The position numbers and the translations under genes were made by a program. A stretch of 64,000 nucleotides of DNA from Chloroflexota bacterium (GTDB taxonomy: Bacteria > Chloroflexota > Dehalococcoidia > Lucifugimonadales > UBA3495): assembly GCA_027623675.1 (NCBI GenBank), contig JAQBVF010000008.1:1-64000 (forward strand). Reading direction: 5' to 3'. Numbering within the stretch: the stretch's first letter is position 1; each line of letters begins with the position of its first letter. The notes under the pieces are model-generated. The model was given only the letters and a program-made list of their open reading frames with translations, did not search any database and had not been told where the DNA came from. Shown piece after piece: positions 29,941 through 39,474 of this stretch.

Positions 29941-30152
29941 GGTTCCTCTCTTATCTTCTAAGCGAATGGGACCTTGGGTTGACGGCGGCCCGGCAGGGAT
30001 ACCCATAGCGCCGGTCGTGCCTGGCCCGCCTCGAGTTGGAGGGATGATACGCCGCCCCTGATTGGGGGTCAACCGGCAGGGGCCGATGGTGGGATACACT
30101 TGGAACCGGTATCATGGAAAGGTCGCCCGAAACCGGATCGGGGAGGTGTCAG

Positions 30153-30542
30153 ATGCTCCTCAAATATCCCCTGCTCTGGCTAGCAGCGCTTCTCTCACTG
30201 GCCCTGCTGGCTTGTGGGGCCGGTACAACGGCCACGGCAACCCCGTCTCCAATGCCAACGGCTGCGCCATTGTCTGAAGCCGCTCCGGCAGAGATCGGGG
30301 TCCGGTACGCCCACCGGCTCTACACTCACTGCGGCATCCGGTACGCCGACTTCGATGGGCGAAGATGGCTCGCCGACCCGGCGCTTGGCGATGCAAACCC
30401 GCCGCCGGGCTGGGGAAATCCTTTCGATCCCGGCACGATCGAGTTGCTCGCTGAAGACCGAGCGATGTTCATCTCACATTCCGGCGAACGGGCCTTTTTC
30501 ATTCCCGCTCCGGAAGATTACCCCTTCAGGATTTGCATCTAG
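30153..30542 (+). CDS. Hypothetical lipoprotein
   Basis: SD GGGAGGT, lipobox LLAC, T/P linker, LYTHCG motif. Confidence 0.75.
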   Translation: MLLKYPLLWLAALLSLALLACGAGTTATATPSPMPTAAPLSEAAPAEIGVRYAHRLYTHCGIRYADFDGRRWLADPALGDANPPPGWGNPFDPGTIELLAEDRAMFISHSGERAFFIPAPEDYPFRICI

Positions 30543-30714
30543 ACCTTTGCCCCAGCCGCCCAATCAGCCCCGGACCGCGCTTGTTGACCCTACCAGGCGC
30601 TAAGGGTATCATCCGTCCAACATCCGGCGAGTCACGCCTATTTCGGCCTCAAACCAGGGTTTGAATGGGTATCTCCGGTTGCCAAGACCGCCATTCCCAG
30701 CAGCGAGGATTAAC

Positions 30715-32433
30715 ATGCCATCAGCCAGCGAGATGATCGTCCAGACCCTGGAGGAAGCCGGTATCGACCACGTCTTCGGCATCCCCGGCGGCGGCACCGG
30801 CCAGATATTCCAGATCCTGGAGACCAAGCAAGACCGCATCAAGACCGTGTTGGTACGCCACGAGCAGGCTGCCTCAATCATGGCTGATGCCTATGGCCGG
30901 GCCACCGGCAGACCGGCGGTCATCATGGGTCAGGGTCTGTTCATGGGTTCCAACGCCGCCTTCGGCATCATGGAGGCCATGCTCAGCAGTTCTCCCATGG
31001 TGGTCATCACCGACACGTCCGACAGCGGCGCGGCCCAGCGTCCCGCCAACCAGTCGGGCGCCGGCGAATACGGCAGCATCGACCTCCAGGCCATGTTTAA
31101 GGCCATGACCAAGTACACAACGCTGGCCACCAACCCCAAGGAAGCCGTCCTTGGCGCACAACTGGCCATCAAGCACTCCATGACCGGCCGCCCCGGTCCG
31201 ACCACGCTGCTGATGCGCTCGGCGGCCATCGGCGGACAGGTCGACCTGGAGTCGCCACCCTTCATTCACAACGCCGCCGGATTCCTGAACACGGTGAAAT
31301 CGGCCAGCGCGCCGGTGGACATCCAACGGGCCATCCAGATACTGAACGAGTCGCGGCGGCCCGTGATCATCGCCGGAAACGGGGTGCATGTGGCCGGGGC
31401 CCACTCCCAACTACAGGAGTTCGCCGAGCAGTGGGGCATGCCCGTGGCCACCAGCTACAAAGGCAAGAGCGCCATATCCGAAGACCACCCGCTGGCCCTG
31501 GGCATGGTGGGCACCTACGGGCAGGATACCGCCAACAAGGCGGTGGGCGATGCCGATACGGTCGTGGTGATCGGCGCGTTGCTCCGCTCTCAGGAGACCG
31601 TCGGTGAGCGTCCCGACATCTTTGATCCCAACCGGCAGCGCATCATCCAGATCGACATCGACGAACGGAACGCCGGTTGGTCCTTCCCGGTGGAACTGGG
31701 CTTGGTTGGGGACGCCAGGGTAATCCTGGACCAGTTGGTGGACGCATCCAAGGAAGCCGCGCCGGGCAACGCCGCCAACCGGAAGGACTGGACGGACAGC
31801 CTCCCCCACCGCCGCCGCGCGGGTGGATACCACGACCAGCCTGAGATGCACGTGGACAGCTCGCCGGTCAAACCCCAGCGTCTGGTGGCCCAACTGCAGG
31901 CGACCATGAGTCCCGACACCATCTACGCCCTGGACGCCGGCAACAACCGCACCTGGATGGCTCACCTCTACCGGTCCCAGCAGGCCAACACGTTCTTCAG
32001 TCCCGGCGGCACCGCGGGCATGGGCTGGGCGCTGCCCGCCTCGGTGGGTTTGAAGCTGGCCTTCCCTGACCGGCCGGTGGTCTGCGTGTCCGGCGACGGC
32101 GGCTTCATGATGACCGTGAACGCCATCTCAACCGCCGTCCAGTACGATCTGCCCATCATCTGCGTGGTCTTCAACGACAATGTCTTGGGCATGGTCCACG
32201 ACCACCAGCCGGATGGCCATAAGATCGCCTCCGAGTTTTATCCCACCAATAACGCCACGGTGGCCCAGGGCATGGGCGCCTTCGGGGTGCAGGTGAGCGA
32301 TTCCAAAGACCTGCCCGACGCCCTACGAGCGGCCCAGGCCTCGGGTAGACCGGCGGTGGTTGACGTATTGGTAGACCCGGTCCCCAGCCCCGACGACTGG
32401 CGCGCCGGCGCCTGGCGACAAGGCCAAACCTAG
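30715..32433 (+). CDS. ThDP-dependent enzyme, acetolactate synthase-like, paralog 2
   Basis: FGIPGG, RHEQAA, GDGGFMM..ND. Confidence 0.92.
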   Translation: MPSASEMIVQTLEEAGIDHVFGIPGGGTGQIFQILETKQDRIKTVLVRHEQAASIMADAYGRATGRPAVIMGQGLFMGSNAAFGIMEAMLSSSPMVVITDTSDSGAAQRPANQSGAGEYGSIDLQAMFKAMTKYTTLATNPKEAVLGAQLAIKHSMTGRPGPTTLLMRSAAIGGQVDLESPPFIHNAAGFLNTVKSASAPVDIQRAIQILNESRRPVIIAGNGVHVAGAHSQLQEFAEQWGMPVATSYKGKSAISEDHPLALGMVGTYGQDTANKAVGDADTVVVIGALLRSQETVGERPDIFDPNRQRIIQIDIDERNAGWSFPVELGLVGDARVILDQLVDASKEAAPGNAANRKDWTDSLPHRRRAGGYHDQPEMHVDSSPVKPQRLVAQLQATMSPDTIYALDAGNNRTWMAHLYRSQQANTFFSPGGTAGMGWALPASVGLKLAFPDRPVVCVSGDGGFMMTVNAISTAVQYDLPIICVVFNDNVLGMVHDHQPDGHKIASEFYPTNNATVAQGMGAFGVQVSDSKDLPDALRAAQASGRPAVVDVLVDPVPSPDDWRAGAWRQGQT

Positions 32434-32492
32434 GCCAAGAACCCGGGCCAAGAACCCGGGCTACGAACTTGGACCAAACGAAGGCGTCAGAT

Positions 32493-32639
32493 ATGCCGGA
32501 CACACTCAAAAACGAGGTCGCTCTGGTCACCGCCGCCGGTCCGGGAATCGGCCGCGCCACATCGTTGTTCCTGGCCCGCGAGGGGGCAACCATCGTGGTA
32601 GCGGATGTGGACGCCAACGGCGGGTCCAGCGCCAAGTAG
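32493..32639 (+). pseudogene. Truncated SDR oxidoreductase, N-terminal Rossmann fragment
   Basis: MPDTLKNEVALVTAAGPGIGRATSLFLAREGATIVVADVDANGGSSAK*. Confidence 0.75.
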
Positions 32640-32811
32640 CCAAGTCCCGAATATAAACCGCTCCACACCTGCCCCGTTGGACTGGTTTTGTGCCCGGTGG
32701 TAGTATAGTCGCAGACTCGGTTCCCGGCTGAATCGACCTTATCCGCCGGCCCGTTAGCTTTGGGCCGGCCCGACCTTATATACCACCCGTATATCCCACC
32801 CGGAGGCCCCA

Positions 32812-35800
32812 TTGGCGGATTTACTGCAAATAGTGGACCTGGCCGACTCGGGCCAGGTCCAACTTTCCTGTTTGACCGGCGTCGATTCATCTGACTCTGC
32901 GCCCGCGGCCAACTTCTCCCTGCCTCTCACCGACGCTGAATCGGCCGAGATACGCTGGTATCTGACCGAATACCCCCTGAACACCTTTGGCGAGGCCAAG
33001 ACTCGCGCCGAGTCCGTCGAAGCGGGCTTCAAAGACCTGGGCCGCTTATTGTTTGAAGCGGTGTTCAACTCCAGCGGCGAGGCCCAGGCGATCTTGAAGC
33101 GGGCCACAGAATCTGAGACGGCGCTTTCGATCGTGTCCACCCGCCCCGAATTCCTCGGCCTTCCTTGGGAGTTGATGAACGACGGCGTCGACGCTTACCT
33201 GGCGTCCAAGCTGACCGGGATCTCCCGGCGTCTTTCCGCCGGACCGATGGAGCCTTTCGCCGGGCAACTGCCCACAGACCAACTCAACGTCCTGCTGCTT
33301 CTTCCGCCCACGGGTGGTGACGGGTCCGGCAGCATCGCCACCCAAGCCTTCGCCGCGCTGGAGTCCCTCTCGGTGGAAGCCGAGTTGGAATGCTTGCGCC
33401 CCTCCGCCCTGCCCAACCTGGAGGCACAACTGGACGGCAAGCCAAGTCACTACCACCTGGTCCACCTGGACGGCTTCTCCATAAACAGCGGCGGCATCCA
33501 GATGGAAGACGGCTCCGGCGGCGTTGCAACCGTCACCGCCAAGGAGTTGGCCCGACCCCTGAATAACGCCCAGACCCCGGTGGTGTTGCTGAACGCTTCG
33601 GCGTCGTCGGCCACGAACGACGTTATGTCATTCGCCGCGGGGCTGGCAGAGGGCGGCGTCCCGCAGGTGGTCGTCAATCCGTTGCCCATCACCGGGTCAG
33701 GCGCAGTGTTGGTCTCAGAATTCTTCTTCCGGGGACTGGTTGGCGGCTCATCCGTCGCCCAGACCGTGGCGACCATCCGCCAAGCCTTGATGGAACATCC
33801 CCAGCGACCCTCCGCAACTGGCCCGTTGGCCACCTGGGATTGGACCCTGACCGTATCATTCGAGTCCCGTGAGTATTCTCCGGCTGCCATCGTAGCTGAG
33901 GTTCAGGACCCTCTTGTGCCAGGCATGCCCCAACCCGAGCCGGAATCCCACGGACCGGACCTGCCGAGGGGCGGCCCCTACGGTCTGATCGGCCGCCACG
34001 GCGAGATATTGGACCTGGAACGTAAGTTCCGGCAAGACCCGGTGGTGCTGCTTTCGGGAAACGTGGGCAGCGGAAAGTCGGAGTTAGCCTTGGGGTTGGC
34101 ATCGTGGCTGCGCAACACCGGCGCCCGGCCCGGCGGCGTGTTCTATGCCACATTCGAGGTGGGCGCCGGCCTGGAGAGAGTGCTCCACGAGATCGGGACC
34201 GCCCTGGCCGGCTTGGATTTTGCCGACCTGCGCAGCGACGCCCGCCGGTCCTGGGTGGTCGAATACCTGAGAGACCATCCCGCACTGTTGGTATTCGACA
34301 GCCTGCAAAACCTGGCTGGGTTCCCCACCGGCGCTCCTGGCTTGCTGGAAGAATCGGAAATGGCCAACCTGGACGCGTTCATCAAAGAGGTGGCTGAGGG
34401 CGGCCAGACCTGGACCCTGTTGGTCAGCCGGCGGGAGCAGGAGTCCTGGCTCACCGTGCCCCACGGGGACTACCGTCTGGGAGGGCTGGGCCAAGCAGAC
34501 CGGATCATCTTTGGCACGCGCCTGCTGGAAGAGGCCGGGGCCGACCCCCTGCGCCTTGGCCCCGAGTACCTGGAGATACTCGATATGTTGGAAGGCCATC
34601 CGCTGGCCATGGAGATCGCCCTTCCTCTATTGAAAGATGTCCCGTCATCGGTCTTGGCGGGCGAACTCAAGTCGGCGTTGAGCGAGCACCAACCGGGCGC
34701 CGACGAAGAAGGCCGTCCGCCTTACCTGACCGTGGTCATGGACCATGCCTTCAGCCGGATGACCCACCGCAGCCGAACACACCTGCCCTTCCTATCCATG
34801 TTCCGCAGCCGGGTGATGATGGACATCCTGACCCACATCAACCAGGAGCAGGTCTACCGGTCGGTGATGGGCGAGCAACTGGGCTACGGGGCAACCCGAA
34901 CCCTGCTCCGCACCGCGCGAGCCGGCGGGTTCCTGGAACCCATCACGCCCAGCGTCTACCAGATCCACCCGTCGCTGCCTTGGTTCTACGGGCGCAGCCT
35001 GTACCGCCAACACTCGCCAGAAGCCATCTCCCGATTGGAGCAGGAGGTCGTGCGGGTCTACGCCGACACAGCCGACTATTTCATGGAGACCCTCTACGAG
35101 AACCAGGACGCCGGCACCACCGCCATCCTGGCCGAGGAGGGCAACATCACCCAGGCGCTGGCCCTGGCCGTGGAGGCCGGACAGTGGGAGAACGCCCAGC
35201 TGCTGGTCCAACCCCTGGCCCAGGTCTTCCGCATGCAGAAGCGCTACCCGGAACTGCGCCGCCTGCGCCGCCAGTTGCTGGAAACCACCGGCGCCACCGC
35301 CGAGGAAGCCGAGCAATCGGGCGGCATCCAACTCTGGCTGTACCTGATGGGCACCGAGGCCAGCGAGTGCATCGAGACCCGCGAGTTCGACCAGGCCGAC
35401 GCCCTGAACCAGCAGTTGCTTGAATATCTGGCGAACAAGGAGGACGGAGAAACCGACCCGCGCACCGCCGCGGTCTTCCACCAGATGGGCCAGGTGGCCC
35501 TGAACCGGTGGCAACTGGAAGAGGCCCAGGAATTCTTCACCCAGTCTCTAGCGATAATCGAGGGCGGCGAAGACCAGGAACCGGTGGCCGACGATTATTA
35601 CGGTTTGGGCCTGGTATCTCAGTACCGGCGCCGCTATACCGAAGCCAAGGAATGGTTCAGCAAGGCCTTGGACATCCACCAGCGGGTCAACGACATGGAA
35701 GAGATGGTCAAGGACTACCGCTCCCTGGGTCTCTGCTCCCAATACAAGTTCGAGTACGACGAGGCCGCCAGTTGGTACCAGCGGGCCAGGGAGATCCTGG

Positions 35801-36438
35801 AAGAGAACCGTGACGAAGAGACCGCCGTCCTGGTCTACCATTCCCTGGGCACCGTCTGCCACGCCCAATACCACTACGAAGAGGCCCAGAACTGGTACGA
35901 ACAGGCCCTTAGCCTCAGCGACCGCATGGGCAACCACGCCCAGATGGGCATCGAGTTCCATCACCTGGGCATGGTGGAGCAGGCCCGTGAATTCTTCGTC
36001 GATGACGCGGAGCACTGGTACCGGATGGCCGTGGAGAAGTGGCAGCTGCTAGGGGACCGCCGGTCCGAGGGCGACGAGTACCGCCAACTGGGCGTGCTGT
36101 TCCACGAGCAGAAGGACCTGGACAAAGCCGAGGAATGGTACGGACGGGCCAGGGACGTCTTTGAAGAATTGCAGGACCTGAACCGCATCTGCCGCACCTA
36201 CGGGCAGCTCGGCATGGTGGCCGAACAGCGCGACGACGTACCGGGGGCGCTCTTGTGGGCCGGACGCACCTACCAACTGGCCGAGAGCAACCAACTGCCG
36301 GTTTTGGTGCAGGTCAAAGCCCACCTGGCCCGGCTGAAGGAAAAACACGGGGAGGACAACTTCGCCGCCTGGTGGCAGGAGTTCGCCGGAGAACCTGCTC
36401 CCACCGACCTGGACGTCGACCCGGAAACCGTTATCTAG
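32812..36438 (+). CDS. CHAT (caspase-like) + STAND/NB-ARC-like NTPase + TPR protein, 1208 aa
   Basis: LPWELM, HLVHLDGF, VLLNAS, Walker A GNVGSGKS, Walker B LLVFD, GHPLA, C-terminal TPR array; SD GGAGG. Confidence 0.88.
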   Translation: MADLLQIVDLADSGQVQLSCLTGVDSSDSAPAANFSLPLTDAESAEIRWYLTEYPLNTFGEAKTRAESVEAGFKDLGRLLFEAVFNSSGEAQAILKRATESETALSIVSTRPEFLGLPWELMNDGVDAYLASKLTGISRRLSAGPMEPFAGQLPTDQLNVLLLLPPTGGDGSGSIATQAFAALESLSVEAELECLRPSALPNLEAQLDGKPSHYHLVHLDGFSINSGGIQMEDGSGGVATVTAKELARPLNNAQTPVVLLNASASSATNDVMSFAAGLAEGGVPQVVVNPLPITGSGAVLVSEFFFRGLVGGSSVAQTVATIRQALMEHPQRPSATGPLATWDWTLTVSFESREYSPAAIVAEVQDPLVPGMPQPEPESHGPDLPRGGPYGLIGRHGEILDLERKFRQDPVVLLSGNVGSGKSELALGLASWLRNTGARPGGVFYATFEVGAGLERVLHEIGTALAGLDFADLRSDARRSWVVEYLRDHPALLVFDSLQNLAGFPTGAPGLLEESEMANLDAFIKEVAEGGQTWTLLVSRREQESWLTVPHGDYRLGGLGQADRIIFGTRLLEEAGADPLRLGPEYLEILDMLEGHPLAMEIALPLLKDVPSSVLAGELKSALSEHQPGADEEGRPPYLTVVMDHAFSRMTHRSRTHLPFLSMFRSRVMMDILTHINQEQVYRSVMGEQLGYGATRTLLRTARAGGFLEPITPSVYQIHPSLPWFYGRSLYRQHSPEAISRLEQEVVRVYADTADYFMETLYENQDAGTTAILAEEGNITQALALAVEAGQWENAQLLVQPLAQVFRMQKRYPELRRLRRQLLETTGATAEEAEQSGGIQLWLYLMGTEASECIETREFDQADALNQQLLEYLANKEDGETDPRTAAVFHQMGQVALNRWQLEEAQEFFTQSLAIIEGGEDQEPVADDYYGLGLVSQYRRRYTEAKEWFSKALDIHQRVNDMEEMVKDYRSLGLCSQYKFEYDEAASWYQRAREILEENRDEETAVLVYHSLGTVCHAQYHYEEAQNWYEQALSLSDRMGNHAQMGIEFHHLGMVEQAREFFVDDAEHWYRMAVEKWQLLGDRRSEGDEYRQLGVLFHEQKDLDKAEEWYGRARDVFEELQDLNRICRTYGQLGMVAEQRDDVPGALLWAGRTYQLAESNQLPVLVQVKAHLARLKEKHGEDNFAAWWQEFAGEPAPTDLDVDPETVI

Positions 36439-36486
36439 CCCAACCCAACACGATCCAGCACGACCCAGCACAACCGGAGGTGAACG

Positions 36487-38457
36487 ATGGCGGTTGTTTC
36501 CATCGACATCAAAGAACGCGGCCCCTACGCCGGCGGCATGGCCTTTGGCGACAGCGGCGCCTACGAGCGGTTGGACGGCACGGTCTGCTTCGCTGTCGAC
36601 CCGTCCGCCCCGGCCAACAGCCTGATTACCGACCTGGAGCTGGCCCCCAAGAACCCAGCCAACCTGGTGGAATTCTCAGCCGACTTCCGGATATTGAAGC
36701 CCGTTGACCAACAGAAGGGCAGCCACAGGTTATTCTTCGACGTGGTGAACCGGGGCAACCCTCTGGCGTTGATGCGCATCAACAGTGCCCCAGCCAGCGC
36801 GCCCATGGACCCAGGCAACGGGTTCTTGATGCGGCGGGGCTACACCCAAGTCTGGTGCGGCTGGCAGCATGACGTGCCCAGTTCCCCCGCCGCGTTGGGC
36901 ATCAACGTCCCGGAAGCTTCCGGCCCAAACGGCCCGGTCACCGGCAAGATCGCCGTGACCTTTCAGCCGGACACTTCGGGCACGACCCGGATGCTCTCCG
37001 ACCGGGGCCATCTGCCCTACCCTGTCAACAGCCTGGACCAGCCCGAAGCGGAACTAACTGTCCGCGAACATGACTCCGGCCCAGCCACCGTCATACCCCG
37101 CGCCGAATGGTCCTTCGGCAAGCTGGAAGACGGCAATATTGTCCCCGACGCCAGCCATGTCTGCATGGCCGCCGGTTTCGAACCGGGCAAGGTTTACCGC
37201 TGCATCTATACCACCGCCACCGCGCCGGTTGTGGGGCTGGGCCTGGCGGCCGTCAGGGACTTCATCTCCCACATCAGGTATTCGACCAGCGAAGACAACC
37301 CCTGCGCCGGAGATATCCAGCACGCAATGGCCTTTGGCTCCTCCCAGAGCGGACGCTTCCTGCGGCATATGCTCTACCTGGCGATGAACCAAGACGAGGA
37401 AGACCGGCCGGTTTTCGACGGCATCATCGCCAACATCGCCGGAGGCCGCCGGGGCGAGTTCAATCAGCGGTTCGGCCAGCCGTCCAACCTGGTGCAGGTC
37501 AGCACCGGCAGCCTGTTCCCCTTCGCCGACATCGAACAGACCGACCCGGAGACCGGCCAGACCGGCGGCCTGCTGTCACGGCTGGCCGCCCGAGGCAAAC
37601 TACCCAAGCTGTTCTTGACCAACACGTCCAGCGAATACTGGTCCGGCCACGCCGCCCTGACCCACACAGACGCCACCGGCTCCGAGGACATCACGCCGGG
37701 CGATAACGTGCGCATCTACCACTTCTCCGGCACCCAGCACAGCGCCGGCGTTCTGCCGCTGGCCCACACCCAGCCCACCGGCGCCAAAGGCCTCCACCCA
37801 TTCAACTGGGTGGACTGGCGGCCGCTCATGCGCGCCGCGGTGGCCAACCTGGACGCCTGGATCAGCGACGGGTCCGCCCCAGCGCCCAGCAAGCACCCCA
37901 GGCTGGATGATGGCACCGCCGTGCTTGGAGCGACTTTGAAACCGAGATTCCAAGCCCTCTCCCCGATCGGGTTCCCCGGGCACCTGCGGCAGATGGTCCG
38001 GTTGGATTTCGGACCCAACGAAGGCATAACCGAGATACTGCCTCCAAGCATTGGGAAGCCTTATCCGGCGCTGGTGTCCAACGTCGATGAAGACGGCAAC
38101 GAGTTGGGCGGCATACGTCTCCCCGACGTCGCCGTCCCGCTGGCCACGGTCACCGGCTGGAACCTGCGCCATCCCGACACCGCTGGCCCCGGCCAGACCC
38201 ACCAGACCATGGGCGCAACCGTGCCCTTCGCCTTCACCCGGCAGGAGAGGGAGGACTCATCCGACCCCCGCCCTTCGGTGGAAGAGCGGTATCCTTCCCG
38301 CCAAGACTACCTTGACCAGGTCCGGCAGGTGGCCCAAGAGTTGGCCGCCCAAGGGTACATGCTGGAAGAGGACATCGAAACGGTGGGCCGACAAGCAGGC
38401 GAACGCTACGACCTGCTGGAATCTCGGGTGAGACAGGTCCAGCCCGCGGGAGACTAA
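36487..38457 (+). CDS. Large alpha/beta hydrolase domain protein
   Basis: VVNRG, GWQHD, GSSQSGRFLR, EYW, GTQH, DGNELGGIRLP. Confidence 0.85.
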   Translation: MAVVSIDIKERGPYAGGMAFGDSGAYERLDGTVCFAVDPSAPANSLITDLELAPKNPANLVEFSADFRILKPVDQQKGSHRLFFDVVNRGNPLALMRINSAPASAPMDPGNGFLMRRGYTQVWCGWQHDVPSSPAALGINVPEASGPNGPVTGKIAVTFQPDTSGTTRMLSDRGHLPYPVNSLDQPEAELTVREHDSGPATVIPRAEWSFGKLEDGNIVPDASHVCMAAGFEPGKVYRCIYTTATAPVVGLGLAAVRDFISHIRYSTSEDNPCAGDIQHAMAFGSSQSGRFLRHMLYLAMNQDEEDRPVFDGIIANIAGGRRGEFNQRFGQPSNLVQVSTGSLFPFADIEQTDPETGQTGGLLSRLAARGKLPKLFLTNTSSEYWSGHAALTHTDATGSEDITPGDNVRIYHFSGTQHSAGVLPLAHTQPTGAKGLHPFNWVDWRPLMRAAVANLDAWISDGSAPAPSKHPRLDDGTAVLGATLKPRFQALSPIGFPGHLRQMVRLDFGPNEGITEILPPSIGKPYPALVSNVDEDGNELGGIRLPDVAVPLATVTGWNLRHPDTAGPGQTHQTMGATVPFAFTRQEREDSSDPRPSVEERYPSRQDYLDQVRQVAQELAAQGYMLEEDIETVGRQAGERYDLLESRVRQVQPAGD

Positions 38458-38514
38458 AAAGCTTAACCAAAGCCAACCCACCCCGCCGACCAAAACAACA
38501 CGGGAGAACTGAAC

Positions 38515-39360
38515 ATGAACGTTGGAACATCGGTACCCCTGCCGGCCTACACTATCGACCCGGCATTCATGGCCAAGAAGGCCGAAGACCTGGGCTTCGA
38601 GTCCATCTGGTACGCCGAGCACGCGGCCGTGCCGGTCCACAGCGATAGTCCCTTCCCGGCCACCGGCGGAGAGATCCCCTGGACCTACTCCCACTTCACC
38701 GACCCCTACATCGCGCTGGCCCGGGCCTCCGGCGCCACCAGCAAGATCAAGCTTGGCACCGGCATCACCCTGATTCCGGAGCGCAACCCCCTGCTCCTGG
38801 CCAAAGAGATCTCCACCCTGGACCTGTACAGCGGCGGCCGCTTCATGCTTGGCGTCGGCACCGGCTGGCTCAAGGAAGAGACCGAGATCATGGGCGGCGA
38901 CTTCGAACACCGCTGGACCCAGACCAGAGAGGCCATCGAAGTTATGAAGGAACTCTGGACCAAGGAAGAGGCCGAGTACCACGGCCGGTACTTCGACTTC
39001 CCATTGGTCAAGTCCTACCCCAAGCCGGCGCAGAAGCCCCATCCACCGGTGATCCTTGGCGGCATGGCCAAGAACGTGCTGCGCCGGGTGGTGGCCCACG
39101 CCGATGGCTGGATGCCCAACCGGGTCACGCCCGCCGACGTGGAAGAGAGCCGCAAGAAGCTGGACGCCATGGCTGCCGAAGCCGGGCGCGACCCCAAGTC
39201 CATCACCATCTCGGTCTATGGCCAACTGCCCCAGCGCGAGATCGTCCAGTCGCTGCTGAATGCCGGCGCCGACCGGGTGGTGGTCCGCCCGGAGCACGTG
39301 GAAACCGAGCAGGAGATGGGCGACCAACTAGAGCGCATGGCCGACGCCGTCCTCCGCTAG
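38515..39360 (+). CDS. LLM-class, probably F420-dependent oxidoreductase (Rv2161c-like)
   Basis: AEDLGFESIWYAEH, LGVGTGWLKEE, PKPAQKPHPP, ADGWMP. Confidence 0.9.
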   Translation: MNVGTSVPLPAYTIDPAFMAKKAEDLGFESIWYAEHAAVPVHSDSPFPATGGEIPWTYSHFTDPYIALARASGATSKIKLGTGITLIPERNPLLLAKEISTLDLYSGGRFMLGVGTGWLKEETEIMGGDFEHRWTQTREAIEVMKELWTKEEAEYHGRYFDFPLVKSYPKPAQKPHPPVILGGMAKNVLRRVVAHADGWMPNRVTPADVEESRKKLDAMAAEAGRDPKSITISVYGQLPQREIVQSLLNAGADRVVVRPEHVETEQEMGDQLERMADAVLR

Positions 39361-39474
39361 GGGAAGCGGCATGGCCGCGTCATTCCGTGGGCGGCCATGG
39401 TTCCACTGATCGGGACAAGGCTGCGCAGCCAGGTTTGACGCCGCATTTAAGCAAAGATTCGAGGAGAAGACCCG

